In this document: positions 1-9,010 of the stretch, piece by piece
Numbering within the stretch: position 1 is the stretch's first letter
Layout of the letters: every line of letters starts with the position of its first letter
Assembly: GCA_036493155.1 (NCBI GenBank)
Contig: DASXQE010000054.1
Coordinates: 1-43,163, forward strand
Reading direction: 5' to 3'
Length of the DNA stretch: 43,163 nucleotides
From: Candidatus Limnocylindrales bacterium
Lineage (GTDB): Bacteria > Chloroflexota > Limnocylindria > Limnocylindrales > CSP1-4
Notes under the pieces: generated by a model
What the model saw: the letters and a program-made list of their open reading frames with translations, nothing else
Told to the model about the DNA's origin: nothing
The model's database searches: none
Translations under genes and position numbers: made by a program

Positions 1-227
1 CCGAGCTCGACGAGGTCCTCGAGGTCTCGGATCGAATCGTCGTCATGTACGGCGTCCGGCTCGTCGGGGAGATGGACGCCCGAACGGCCGACAAGAACGA
101 GGTCGGGCTCCTCATGGCGACCGGCGGCCGCGTCGCGGCCGCGGGCGGCGACGACACCGGGTCGGGCGGCGACGCGGGCGGGAGCGGCGACACCCCGGCG
201 GGCGTGTCGACGGAGGCGGCTTCGTGA
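1..227 (+). CDS. ABC transporter ATP-binding protein, C-terminal fragment (gene begins upstream of the window)
   Basis: Frame 3 reads ELDEVLEVSDRIVVMYGVRLVGEMDARTADKNEVGLLMATGG..., a typical end of the second NBD of BMP/sugar-type ABC ATPases. It is followed by a Gly/Asp-rich tail. The TGA at 225-227 overlaps the GTG of the next gene (GTGA). Confidence 0.75.
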   Translation, partial: ELDEVLEVSDRIVVMYGVRLVGEMDARTADKNEVGLLMATGGRVAAAGGDDTGSGGDAGGSGDTPAGVSTEAAS

Positions 228-1357
228 ACCGGGCGCGTCAGCTGCTGCTCCAGGCCTGGGCGACGCTCGCCCTGCCATTCGTCGCGATCCTCCTGGCGCT
301 GGTCGCCGGGGCCGTCGTCATCATCCTGTCGAGCGCGCTCGTGCCCGGGCATACGTTCGACCCCTCGCTCCCGATCACGGCCTACCAGGCGCTGTTCCAG
401 GGTTCGCTCGGGTCCGACAACGCCCGGGTCGAGACCCTCGTCCAGGCCGCCCCGCTGCTGCTGGCGGCGCTGGGCATCGGGCTCGGGTTCAAGGCCGGGC
501 TCTTCAACATTGGCGGCCAGGGCCAGTTCCTGATGGGCGCCGTGGCGTCCGTCGCCGCCGCGGGCGCCTTGAAGGGTGATGGGCCGCTCGTGGCGATCCC
601 GCTGTCGCTGCTTGCCGGCTGCGTCGCGGGGGCGCTATGGGGCTTCATCCCGGGCTTCCTCAAGGCGCTTTCGGGCGCCCACGAGGTGGTCACGACGATC
701 ATGCTCAACTTCGTCGCGCTGGCGCTGCTGTCGTACCTGGTGGCCGGGCCGCTCCGGCTGGCGAAATCGCCGCAGCCCGTGACCGCCGCCGTCGGCGATG
801 CCGCGCTCCCGATCATCATGGGCCGCGACGGCCATATCGGGATCATCATCGCCGCGGTCGCCGTCCCGATCGTCTGGTTCCTGCTGTTCCGCACGACGCT
901 CGGGTTCCAGATCCGGGCCGTCGGCGCGAATCCCGACGCGTCGCGCTACGCCGGCATGAAGCCCCGCCGGATGATCATGCTGACGATGACCGTGGCCGGC
1001 CTGTTCGCCGGCCTGGCGGGCGCGGGCAACGTCCTCGGCATCAACCACCAGATGTCCGCGACGTTCAGCACGACCGTCGGCTTCGATGCCATCACGGTGG
1101 CCCTGCTGGGCCGGTCCCACCCGATCGGCATCCTGCTCGCGTCGCTGCTGTTCGGCGGCATGCGCGCCGGGGCCGCGCTGATGCAGATCAAGGCCGGGGT
1201 GCCCGTCGAGCTCGTCGACGTCGTCCAGTCGATCATCCTGCTGTTCCTGGTGGCCAGCCCGATCGTCCGTCGGGTCCTGCGCCTGCGGGGCGCCAAGGCC
1301 AACCTCGGGACGACGGACACGATCAGCCGGACCTACGGCAGCGAGGTCATCCGATGA
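224..1357 (+). CDS. ABC transporter permease (BMP-family nucleoside/simple-sugar type, YufP-like)
   Basis: The 377-aa protein is strongly hydrophobic with multiple TM segments. The GTG start has GGAGG 7 nt upstream. The gene is coupled to the upstream ATPase and the downstream permease by 4-nt overlaps. Confidence 0.85.
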   Translation: MNRARQLLLQAWATLALPFVAILLALVAGAVVIILSSALVPGHTFDPSLPITAYQALFQGSLGSDNARVETLVQAAPLLLAALGIGLGFKAGLFNIGGQGQFLMGAVASVAAAGALKGDGPLVAIPLSLLAGCVAGALWGFIPGFLKALSGAHEVVTTIMLNFVALALLSYLVAGPLRLAKSPQPVTAAVGDAALPIIMGRDGHIGIIIAAVAVPIVWFLLFRTTLGFQIRAVGANPDASRYAGMKPRRMIMLTMTVAGLFAGLAGAGNVLGINHQMSATFSTTVGFDAITVALLGRSHPIGILLASLLFGGMRAGAALMQIKAGVPVELVDVVQSIILLFLVASPIVRRVLRLRGAKANLGTTDTISRTYGSEVIR

Positions 1358-2412
1358 CCGACATCCCGGTCCTCGGCGTGATCCTCCAGTTCCTCGGCTA
1401 CCTCCTCGACCAGCTGCCGTTCATCGCCCACGCGGCCGTCGCGGTGGCGATCCCGATCGCACTCGCTGCGATGTGCGGCGTCATGTGCGAGCGCTCGGGT
1501 GTCGTGAACATCGGCCTCGAGGGAATCATGCTCACGTCGGCGTTCGTGGCCTGGATCGCGGGTGTCGTGGCCCTGTCCGTCCTCGGACCCAGCACGCCGA
1601 CGCCGGTCTTCGGGATCACCCTGCCGCTGCTGATCGGCCTCGTTGCCGCGATCCTCGCCGGCATGGCCATGTCGGCGATCCACGCCTGGCTGGCCATCAC
1701 GGTCCGGGCGGACCAGATCATCAGCGGCGTCATCATCAACATCGCGGCCGCGGGCCTGACGGGCTACCTGAACACCCTGATCTCGAAGCAGTCGCCCCTC
1801 GGTGCGGGCGGCTTCACGCCGCTGTCGATTCCGGCCTCGGTCTCGAGCCTCCCGGTCGTCGGCTGGCTGATCAACGCGATCTTCGCCCAGGGCCCGATCG
1901 CGATCTCGGCCTTCGCGATCATGATCGTGCTGCAGGTCTACCTCTTCCGGACGCGCTGGGGCCTGCGGACGCGCGCCGTCGGGGAGCATCCGCGGGCAGC
2001 CGAGACGGTCGGGATCAACGTCGTCCGGCTGCGCTATCGCAACGTGATCCTCTCGGGGGCGCTGGCCGCGCTCGGCGGGGCGTACCTGAGCATGGAGCTC
2101 ACGACGTCGTTCCAGGCCAACATGACCGCCGGTCGCGGGTTCATCGGCCTGGCCGCGATGATCGTGGGCCGGTGGAGCCCCGTCGGTGCCTTCGGGGCCG
2201 CGCTGCTGTTCGCCTCGTCCAGGGCGGTCAGCCAGGCGATCCTGTTCACCAAGCCGGCGGGCGGCCTGGGCGAGTTCCTCGGCTCGATCCCGCCGCAGGT
2301 CTACGACGCCCTTCCCTATCTCGTCACGATCGTGATCCTGGCCGGCCTGATCGGGCGATCGATCCCGCCCGCCGCCGACGGCCAGCCGTACGAGCGCGAG
2401 GCGGCGAGCTGA
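1354..2412 (+). CDS. ABC transporter permease, second subunit (YufQ-like)
   Basis: The ATG at 1354 overlaps the previous stop (ATGA). The hydrophobic sequence begins MTDIPVLGVILQFLGYLL... The part of ORF 637-2412 upstream of 1354 overlaps permease 1 in another frame and is R/P-rich, so it was discarded. Confidence 0.85.
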   Translation: MTDIPVLGVILQFLGYLLDQLPFIAHAAVAVAIPIALAAMCGVMCERSGVVNIGLEGIMLTSAFVAWIAGVVALSVLGPSTPTPVFGITLPLLIGLVAAILAGMAMSAIHAWLAITVRADQIISGVIINIAAAGLTGYLNTLISKQSPLGAGGFTPLSIPASVSSLPVVGWLINAIFAQGPIAISAFAIMIVLQVYLFRTRWGLRTRAVGEHPRAAETVGINVVRLRYRNVILSGALAALGGAYLSMELTTSFQANMTAGRGFIGLAAMIVGRWSPVGAFGAALLFASSRAVSQAILFTKPAGGLGEFLGSIPPQVYDALPYLVTIVILAGLIGRSIPPAADGQPYEREAAS

Positions 2413-2473
2413 CCCGGGACGACCGGACGTCGAGTGGCGGCGGTCCAGCGACACCGGATGAGGAAGTCCCCAC

Positions 2474-2558
2474 GGATGCGCAAGCCGCCATGCATGCGAG
2501 AGCCGCCACGGACGCACCAGCGGCCGCGGACGCGCAAGCCGCCATGGACTCGCGAGCC
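2474..2558 (+). repeat. Imperfect direct repeat, two 31-nt copies with a 54-nt period (2474-2504 and 2528-2558, 26/31 identical)
   Basis: GGATGCGCAAGCCGCCATGCATGCGAGAGCC versus GGACGCGCAAGCCGCCATGGACTCGCGAGCC. Each copy contains an in-frame ATG (2490, 2544) with an identical 15-nt upstream context. The repeat encodes DAQAAM(H/D). Confidence 0.8.
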
Positions 2559-3041
2559 CGGCGCGAGCGCGAGGCGAGGCGCATCCGCGAGCTGATCGAC
2601 TTCGAGGAGGGTCGCCTGGACCTGGCGGTCCTCGACCAGACGGGCATCGCCGAGCTGCTGCGCACGACCAGGCGGATCGCCGTCATCGGGGCGAGCAGCA
2701 ACCCGCTCCGGCCATCGAACGACGTCTTCCGGGCGCTGCGGCGGGCCGGCTACGACGCCGTGCCGGTGTCGCCGACCGAGGCCGAGGTCGACGGCGTGCG
2801 CGCCTATCCCACGCTGGCCGAGGCCGTTGCCGCGACGGGCCGGTTCGACATCGTCGACGTCTTCCGGCGAGCCGAGTTGTGCCCGGCCCACGCCCGTGAG
2901 GCGGTCGCGGCCCAGGCCCGCTGCCTCTGGCTGCAGCTCGGGATCGTGAGCGTCGAGGCGGCCGAGATCGCGCTGGCTGGCGGTCTCCAGGTGGTCATGG
3001 ACCGCTGCACGAAGGTCGAGGTCGCGCGCCTGGGGCGCTGA
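2544..3041 (+). CDS. CoA-binding domain protein (YccU/CoA_binding_2 family)
   Basis: The C-terminal ~130 aa read RRIAVIGASSNPLRPSNDVFRALRRAGYDAVPVSP...DIVDVFRRAE...LWLQLGIVS..., a typical CoA-binding Rossmann-like pattern. The start is uncertain: ATG 2544 or ATG 2490, and neither has an obvious SD. Confidence 0.7.
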   Translation: MDSRARREREARRIRELIDFEEGRLDLAVLDQTGIAELLRTTRRIAVIGASSNPLRPSNDVFRALRRAGYDAVPVSPTEAEVDGVRAYPTLAEAVAATGRFDIVDVFRRAELCPAHAREAVAAQARCLWLQLGIVSVEAAEIALAGGLQVVMDRCTKVEVARLGR

Positions 3042-3067
3042 GCACGCGCGGGGCGCTGAGCGCGAGC
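3032..3067 (+). repeat. 18-nt tandem duplication spanning the stop codon of the CoA-binding gene
   Basis: GGGGCGCTGAGCACGCGC (3032-3049) is followed directly by GGGGCGCTGAGCGCGAGC (3050-3067), 16/18 identical. The first copy contains the TGA stop at 3039-3041. Confidence 0.8.
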
Positions 3068-3072
3068 CCGGA

Positions 3073-3344
3073 TCAGAACCCGACGAACAGCCCCACGAGC
3101 GCCGCGACGATCCCGACGGCCGCGATGACCGCGTCGATCCGGAGCTCCGAGCGCAGCAGCTCCATCGCCACGGACGCGCCGGTCGGGCCGGTGTCGCGCA
3201 GGCCGCCTCGCCACGACTCGTAGCGGGCGATGTTGTCCTCCTGCGCCCTCAAGGCCTGGTACCGGCCCCATGGCCGTCGAGCCCGGACGACGCCGAGGCC
3301 GGCAACCACGATGCCCCCGCCGATGAGACCCGCGTTGATCACGC

Positions 3345-3348
<4 letters not shown>
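3073..3348 (-). CDS. Small hypothetical membrane protein (91 aa, two predicted TM helices)
   Basis: The GTG at 3348 overlaps the gatB stop (GTGA). Third-codon positions are GC-rich. The sequence is VSVINAGLIGGGIVVAGLGVV...(charged middle)...IDAVIAAVGIVAALVGLFVGF. I recognised no family. Confidence 0.6.
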
Positions 3349-4841
<1,493 letters not shown>

Positions 4842-4881
4842 GTCTGGGAGTCTCGCACAGGCCGGGCGTTGCCGGCCATCG

Positions 4882-7710
4882 CTACTCCTCGCGAGCGAGG
4901 CGGACCGCCGCCACGAGCGTCATCGCCCGACCGGTGGCCCACAGCCCGTCGACCTCCGCGCCGCCGTCGGCTCGGAGCCGTTCGACGTAGCCGCGGTACT
5001 CGCTCTCCTCGTCGAAGGCCATCTCGGAGGCTGCTGTCTCGCGGATGGCTTCGGCCGCGCCGAGCAGCCGGGCCGCCCGCCCGGTGGCGCCCCGCTCGAT
5101 CGCGATGAAGGCGACGTTCTCGAGCTGGTTGGCCACGGCGCCGCGGTTGCCGAAATGGACCCAGCCATCGATCGTCTCGCGATAGATCGCGCTCGCCTCG
5201 TCAAGCCGGCCGCCCCGCCGCAGGGCGTGGCCGAGGTCGCTCCTGGCGGCCAGCGCGAGCCGGATGTCGCCGATCTCGGAGAACCGGCTCATCGAGGCCT
5301 GGAAGGACGTCGCCGCCTCGTCGGGTCGGTGCTGGAGGCCCAGCAGCCGGCCGCGGGCCATCGCCACGGCCGCCAGGGCGTATGGGTTCCCGGACCGCTT
5401 GGCGGCATCCTCCGCACGGCGCAGCAGCGATTCCGACGACGTCGGCGCGATCTCCCAGGTCGCTGCGCCGGAGAAGCCGCTGGACATCGCCACCGCCCAC
5501 CATGCCCCAGTGGCCTCGGCCAGCTCTGCGGCATTGGCGAAGACCTGCTTGATCTCCGCGCCGCGGCCCGTGAAGGCGTAGGACACGCCGAGCCCGCTGA
5601 TCGCGGCGAGCCGCGCCGTCGGGCTGCCGCTGGCCTCGGCCAGGGTCACCGCGTCGGTGGCCCACGCCAGGCCCAGGTCGGGCCGGCCGTTCATCGCCCA
5701 GATCCGGGCGGCCTCACCGAGCAGCTGCGCGGCGAGCGCCTGGTCCTCGGGCGCCGCGTCCGCGACCTCGACCGTCCGCTGGCGCGCGAGGTCGATCGCC
5801 CGCAGGAGGCGCGCCTCGCTGTCCTGGCCGGCGACGCGCGACGACCAGTAGGCGAGCATCGCGGCCGCCATCGCGACGGCTTCCCAGGGCGAGGCTTCGA
5901 GGCCCCACTCCAGCGCCGCCCCGAGGTTGTCGATGTCGGCGTCGAGGCGGTCTAGCCAGTCGCCCATCGCCGGCCCGCGCAGCTCGGGCTCCGCGGCCTC
6001 CGCCAGGGCCTTGAACGCCTGGAAGTGCCGATCCGACACGGCCGCCGCCTCGCCGCTCGCGATGAGCTGCTCGCGGCCGTATTGCCGGATGGTCTCCAGC
6101 ATCCGGTAGCGGGTGGTCTGGCCGCCATCGACCAGCACCAGCGAGCGATCCACGAGCCGGGCCAGCCCGTCGACCAGCTCCACGGGGTCAGCCGGCGCGT
6201 CGTCGCCGACCACGCGCGCGGCGACGTCGATCGTCCAGCCGCCGGCGAACACCGAGAGACGCCGGAGCAGCGTGCGATCGGCGTCGGTGAGCAGGTCCCA
6301 GCTCCAGTCGATGAGTGCGTGGAGCGTCTGCTGCCGCGGCACCGCGGTTCGGCGGCCGCCGGCCAGCAGGCGGAACCGATCCCCGAGGCGCTTCGCGATG
6401 TCATCGGGCGACATCGCCGAGACCCGCGCCGCGGCCAGCTCGAGGGCCAGCGGGATGCCGTCGAGCCGCCGGCAGATCTCGGCCACGGCCGCGACGTTGG
6501 CCTCGCCGAGCTGGAACGCCGGTGAGACCGCCGTGGCTCGCTCGACGAACAGTCGCACGGCCTCGGTGCCGGCTGCGTCATCGAGCTCCGTTGGCGCGAG
6601 GTCCGTGATCCCGAACTGGTGGCGGGCCGGCGCCGGGCAGGTGAGGGACTGGACCTGGAACACGGCCTCTCCCGGAACGGCCAGCGCCTCGCGGCTCGTG
6701 GCCAGGATGCGGAGGCCGGGAGCGGTCGCGAGCAGGCCCTCGGCCACGGTTGCGACGCCATCGACCAGGTGCTCGGCGTTGTCGAGCAGGAGCAGCAGCT
6801 CCTTGTCCGCGAGGAACGCGGTGACGGTGGCGAGCGGCGGCATGCCTGGCTCGTCGGGGACGCCGATGGCCCGGCCGATCTCGGACGGGATCTGGGCCGC
6901 CTCGCTCAACGGCGCCAGCTCGGCGAGCCAGGCGCCATCGCGGAAGCGGCCCGCGATGCGATCGGCGACCTCGAGCATCAGGCGGGTCTTCCCGGTCCCG
7001 CCCGTGCCGATGAGGGTCACGAGGCGATGCCCGCCGACCAGGGCATCCACCTCGCCGAGCTCCCGGTCCCGCCCCACGAACGACGTCAGCTGCACCGGCA
7101 GGTTGGAGCGGCGGGTGCTCAGCGAGCGCAGCGCCGGGAACGTCCGACGCAGGTCCGGGGCGGCGACTTCGAAGACCTGCTCGGGCCGGTCGAGGTCGCG
7201 CAGCCGGTGCGAGCCGAGGTCGACGAGGTCGACGTCGGACGCGAGGCGATCGCGGGCCAGGACGGCGGCGGCGGCAGAGCACAGGATCTGGCCGCCGTGG
7301 CCGATGGCGAGGATCCGCGCCACGCGGTTGAGGGCGGGCCCGAAGTAGTCGCCGTCACGCGCCTCGGCCGCCCCGGCGTGGAGCGCCATGCGCACCTTGA
7401 GCGGCCCGGTCTCGCCCCAGGCCGCGTCGCGCAGGGCCCGCTGCCCGGCCAGCGCAGCCTCGACGGCAGCCGTCGGATCGTCGAACACGGCCAGCATGCC
7501 ATCGCCGGTGGTCTTGACCACCGTGCCGCGCCCGGCGGTGACCGCCGTCCGGAGGATCCCGTCATGGATCGCCAGCGCGGCGCCCATCGCGCCGGCGTGG
7601 TCCTCCCACAGGCGCGTGCTGCCCTCGATGTCCGTGAAGAGGAAGGTCGTGAGCCCCGTCTCGGCGGGCTTCGCCCCGATGGCCGTGGCGGCGAGCGGCT
7701 CGGCGGTCAC
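4882..7710 (-). CDS. Class III adenylate/guanylate cyclase fused to STAND (NB-ARC-like) P-loop ATPase and a TPR-like repeat domain
   Basis: Cyclase motifs are FLFTDIEGST, VKTTGDGMLAVF and GPALNRVARI. The P-loop is LIGTGGTGKTRL with Walker B LLLLLDNAEH. The C-terminal ~450 aa are helical repeats. I set the start at GTG 7710, 1 nt after the aminotransferase stop. The listed ORF extension to 7974 overlaps that gene in another frame and is S/R/P-rich. Confidence 0.85.
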   Translation of the reverse strand: MTAEPLAATAIGAKPAETGLTTFLFTDIEGSTRLWEDHAGAMGAALAIHDGILRTAVTAGRGTVVKTTGDGMLAVFDDPTAAVEAALAGQRALRDAAWGETGPLKVRMALHAGAAEARDGDYFGPALNRVARILAIGHGGQILCSAAAAVLARDRLASDVDLVDLGSHRLRDLDRPEQVFEVAAPDLRRTFPALRSLSTRRSNLPVQLTSFVGRDRELGEVDALVGGHRLVTLIGTGGTGKTRLMLEVADRIAGRFRDGAWLAELAPLSEAAQIPSEIGRAIGVPDEPGMPPLATVTAFLADKELLLLLDNAEHLVDGVATVAEGLLATAPGLRILATSREALAVPGEAVFQVQSLTCPAPARHQFGITDLAPTELDDAAGTEAVRLFVERATAVSPAFQLGEANVAAVAEICRRLDGIPLALELAAARVSAMSPDDIAKRLGDRFRLLAGGRRTAVPRQQTLHALIDWSWDLLTDADRTLLRRLSVFAGGWTIDVAARVVGDDAPADPVELVDGLARLVDRSLVLVDGGQTTRYRMLETIRQYGREQLIASGEAAAVSDRHFQAFKALAEAAEPELRGPAMGDWLDRLDADIDNLGAALEWGLEASPWEAVAMAAAMLAYWSSRVAGQDSEARLLRAIDLARQRTVEVADAAPEDQALAAQLLGEAARIWAMNGRPDLGLAWATDAVTLAEASGSPTARLAAISGLGVSYAFTGRGAEIKQVFANAAELAEATGAWWAVAMSSGFSGAATWEIAPTSSESLLRRAEDAAKRSGNPYALAAVAMARGRLLGLQHRPDEAATSFQASMSRFSEIGDIRLALAARSDLGHALRRGGRLDEASAIYRETIDGWVHFGNRGAVANQLENVAFIAIERGATGRAARLLGAAEAIRETAASEMAFDEESEYRGYVERLRADGGAEVDGLWATGRAMTLVAAVRLAREE

Positions 7711-7711
7711 G

Positions 7712-8911
7712 TCAGTCGGCGCGGGTCCGCTCGACGAACCGCCCGATCCGGCGGAGGGCTTCCTCGAGCTGCTCGTAGCTGGTGGCGTAGCAGGCCCGGA
7801 CGTGGCCCTCACCCGACGCCCCGAAGGCCGTGCCGGGGATGACCGCGACGTGCTCCTCCTCGAGGAGCCGCTGGGCGAAGGTCTCGGCGTCGAGCCCGGT
7901 CGAGGAGATGCGCGGGAAGGCGTAGAACGCGCCGCGCGGCTCGAACGTCGCGAGGCCCATGGCGTTGAAGCCATCTACCACGAGCCGGCGGCGGCGGTCG
8001 TACTCGGCGAGCATCCGCTGCACGTCGGGCTCCCCGTCGGTGAGCGCCACGAGGGCCGCGTCCTGGGCGGTCGTGGGCGCCGACATGATCCCGTACTGGT
8101 GGACCTTGAGGATGCCCTCGAGGATCGCGGGCGGCGCGGCGAGCCAGCCGACCCGCCAGCCGGTCATGGCGTAGGCCTTCGAGAAGCCGCCCATGAGGAT
8201 CGTGCGGTCGCGCATCCCCGGCAACGTCGACATGGGGCGATGGCGATACGTGCCGTAGGCCAGGCGGTCGTAGATCTCGTCGCTGTAGACGAGGAGGTCG
8301 TGCCGGACCGCGATCTCCGCCAGCTTGGCCTGGACCTCGGGCGGCAGGACCGCGCCGGTCGGATTGCATGGATAACCCAGGAACAGGGCCTTGGTCCGCG
8401 GCGTGATCGCCGCCTCGACGGCAGCCGGGTCCAGCGCGAAGTCGTCCTCGAAGCGCGTGGCGACGCGCACCACGTGGCCGCCGGCGAACACGATCGCGGG
8501 CACATAGGCCACGTATGACGGCTCGTGGAGGATGATCTCGTCGCCGGGATCGCACGTCGCCCGCAGGGCGAGGTCGACAGCCTCGCTGGCGCCGACCGTG
8601 ATGAGCAGCTCGCGAGTGACGTCGTACGAGATGCCGTAGAGCGCCTCGAGATGGGCCGCGAGGGCCTTGCGCAGCTCCAGGGTCCCGTAGTTCGAGGTGT
8701 AGTGGGTCCGGCCCTCGCGCAGCGATTCGACGCCGGCCTCCACGATCTGGCGCGGCGTGTCGAAGTCGGGCTCCCCCACCCCGAGGCTGATGACGTCAGT
8801 CATCGTCGCGGCGATCTCGAAGAATCGCCGGATGCCGGAGGGCGGCACCGACTGCACGCGCTCCGACAGCGCGCGATCGAGCAGCGGCCGACGAGCGACC
8901 TCGGTCGTCAT
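7712..8911 (-). CDS. Pyridoxal-phosphate-dependent aminotransferase, class I/II (AspC-like)
   Basis: The 399-aa ORF carries the SKAYAMTGWRVGW PLP-lysine motif, GYPCNPTG, and YSDEIYDRL. Confidence 0.9.
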   Translation of the reverse strand: MTTEVARRPLLDRALSERVQSVPPSGIRRFFEIAATMTDVISLGVGEPDFDTPRQIVEAGVESLREGRTHYTSNYGTLELRKALAAHLEALYGISYDVTRELLITVGASEAVDLALRATCDPGDEIILHEPSYVAYVPAIVFAGGHVVRVATRFEDDFALDPAAVEAAITPRTKALFLGYPCNPTGAVLPPEVQAKLAEIAVRHDLLVYSDEIYDRLAYGTYRHRPMSTLPGMRDRTILMGGFSKAYAMTGWRVGWLAAPPAILEGILKVHQYGIMSAPTTAQDAALVALTDGEPDVQRMLAEYDRRRRLVVDGFNAMGLATFEPRGAFYAFPRISSTGLDAETFAQRLLEEEHVAVIPGTAFGASGEGHVRACYATSYEQLEEALRRIGRFVERTRAD

Positions 8912-8918
8912 GCGGGCA

Positions 8919-8924
8919 AGGGTA
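8919..8924 (-). promoter_or_regulatory. Candidate -10 box TACCCT, 7 nt upstream of the aminotransferase ATG (possible leaderless transcript)
   Basis: The minus strand reads TACCCT-tgcccgc-ATG(8911). There is no SD between them. Confidence 0.3.
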
Positions 8925-9010
8925 CTGCCGCGCGCCGGCGATTCCCGCGCGCAGATTCGCCGGTCAGGGCCTGCGTCGGTGCCATCGCCGGCCGTCGGGC
9001 TCGGTGTCGG

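Noticed and set aside
637-1353. The N-terminal 239 codons of ORF 637-2412, which would make permease 2 591 aa long.
   Set aside because: This part overlaps permease 1 in another frame and is R/P/G-rich. A hydrophobic sequence begins at ATG 1354, which overlaps the permease 1 stop (ATGA).
1473-2489. The upstream two-thirds of the 522-aa ORF 1473-3041.
   Set aside because: It lies inside the permease 2 coding region in a different frame and is R/P/G-rich. Only the last ~165 codons look like a CoA-binding protein.
7711-7974. An 88-codon N-terminal extension of the cyclase ORF.
   Set aside because: It overlaps the 3' end of the aminotransferase CDS in another frame and is S/R/P low-complexity. 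GTG 7710 sits 1 nt after the aminotransferase stop.
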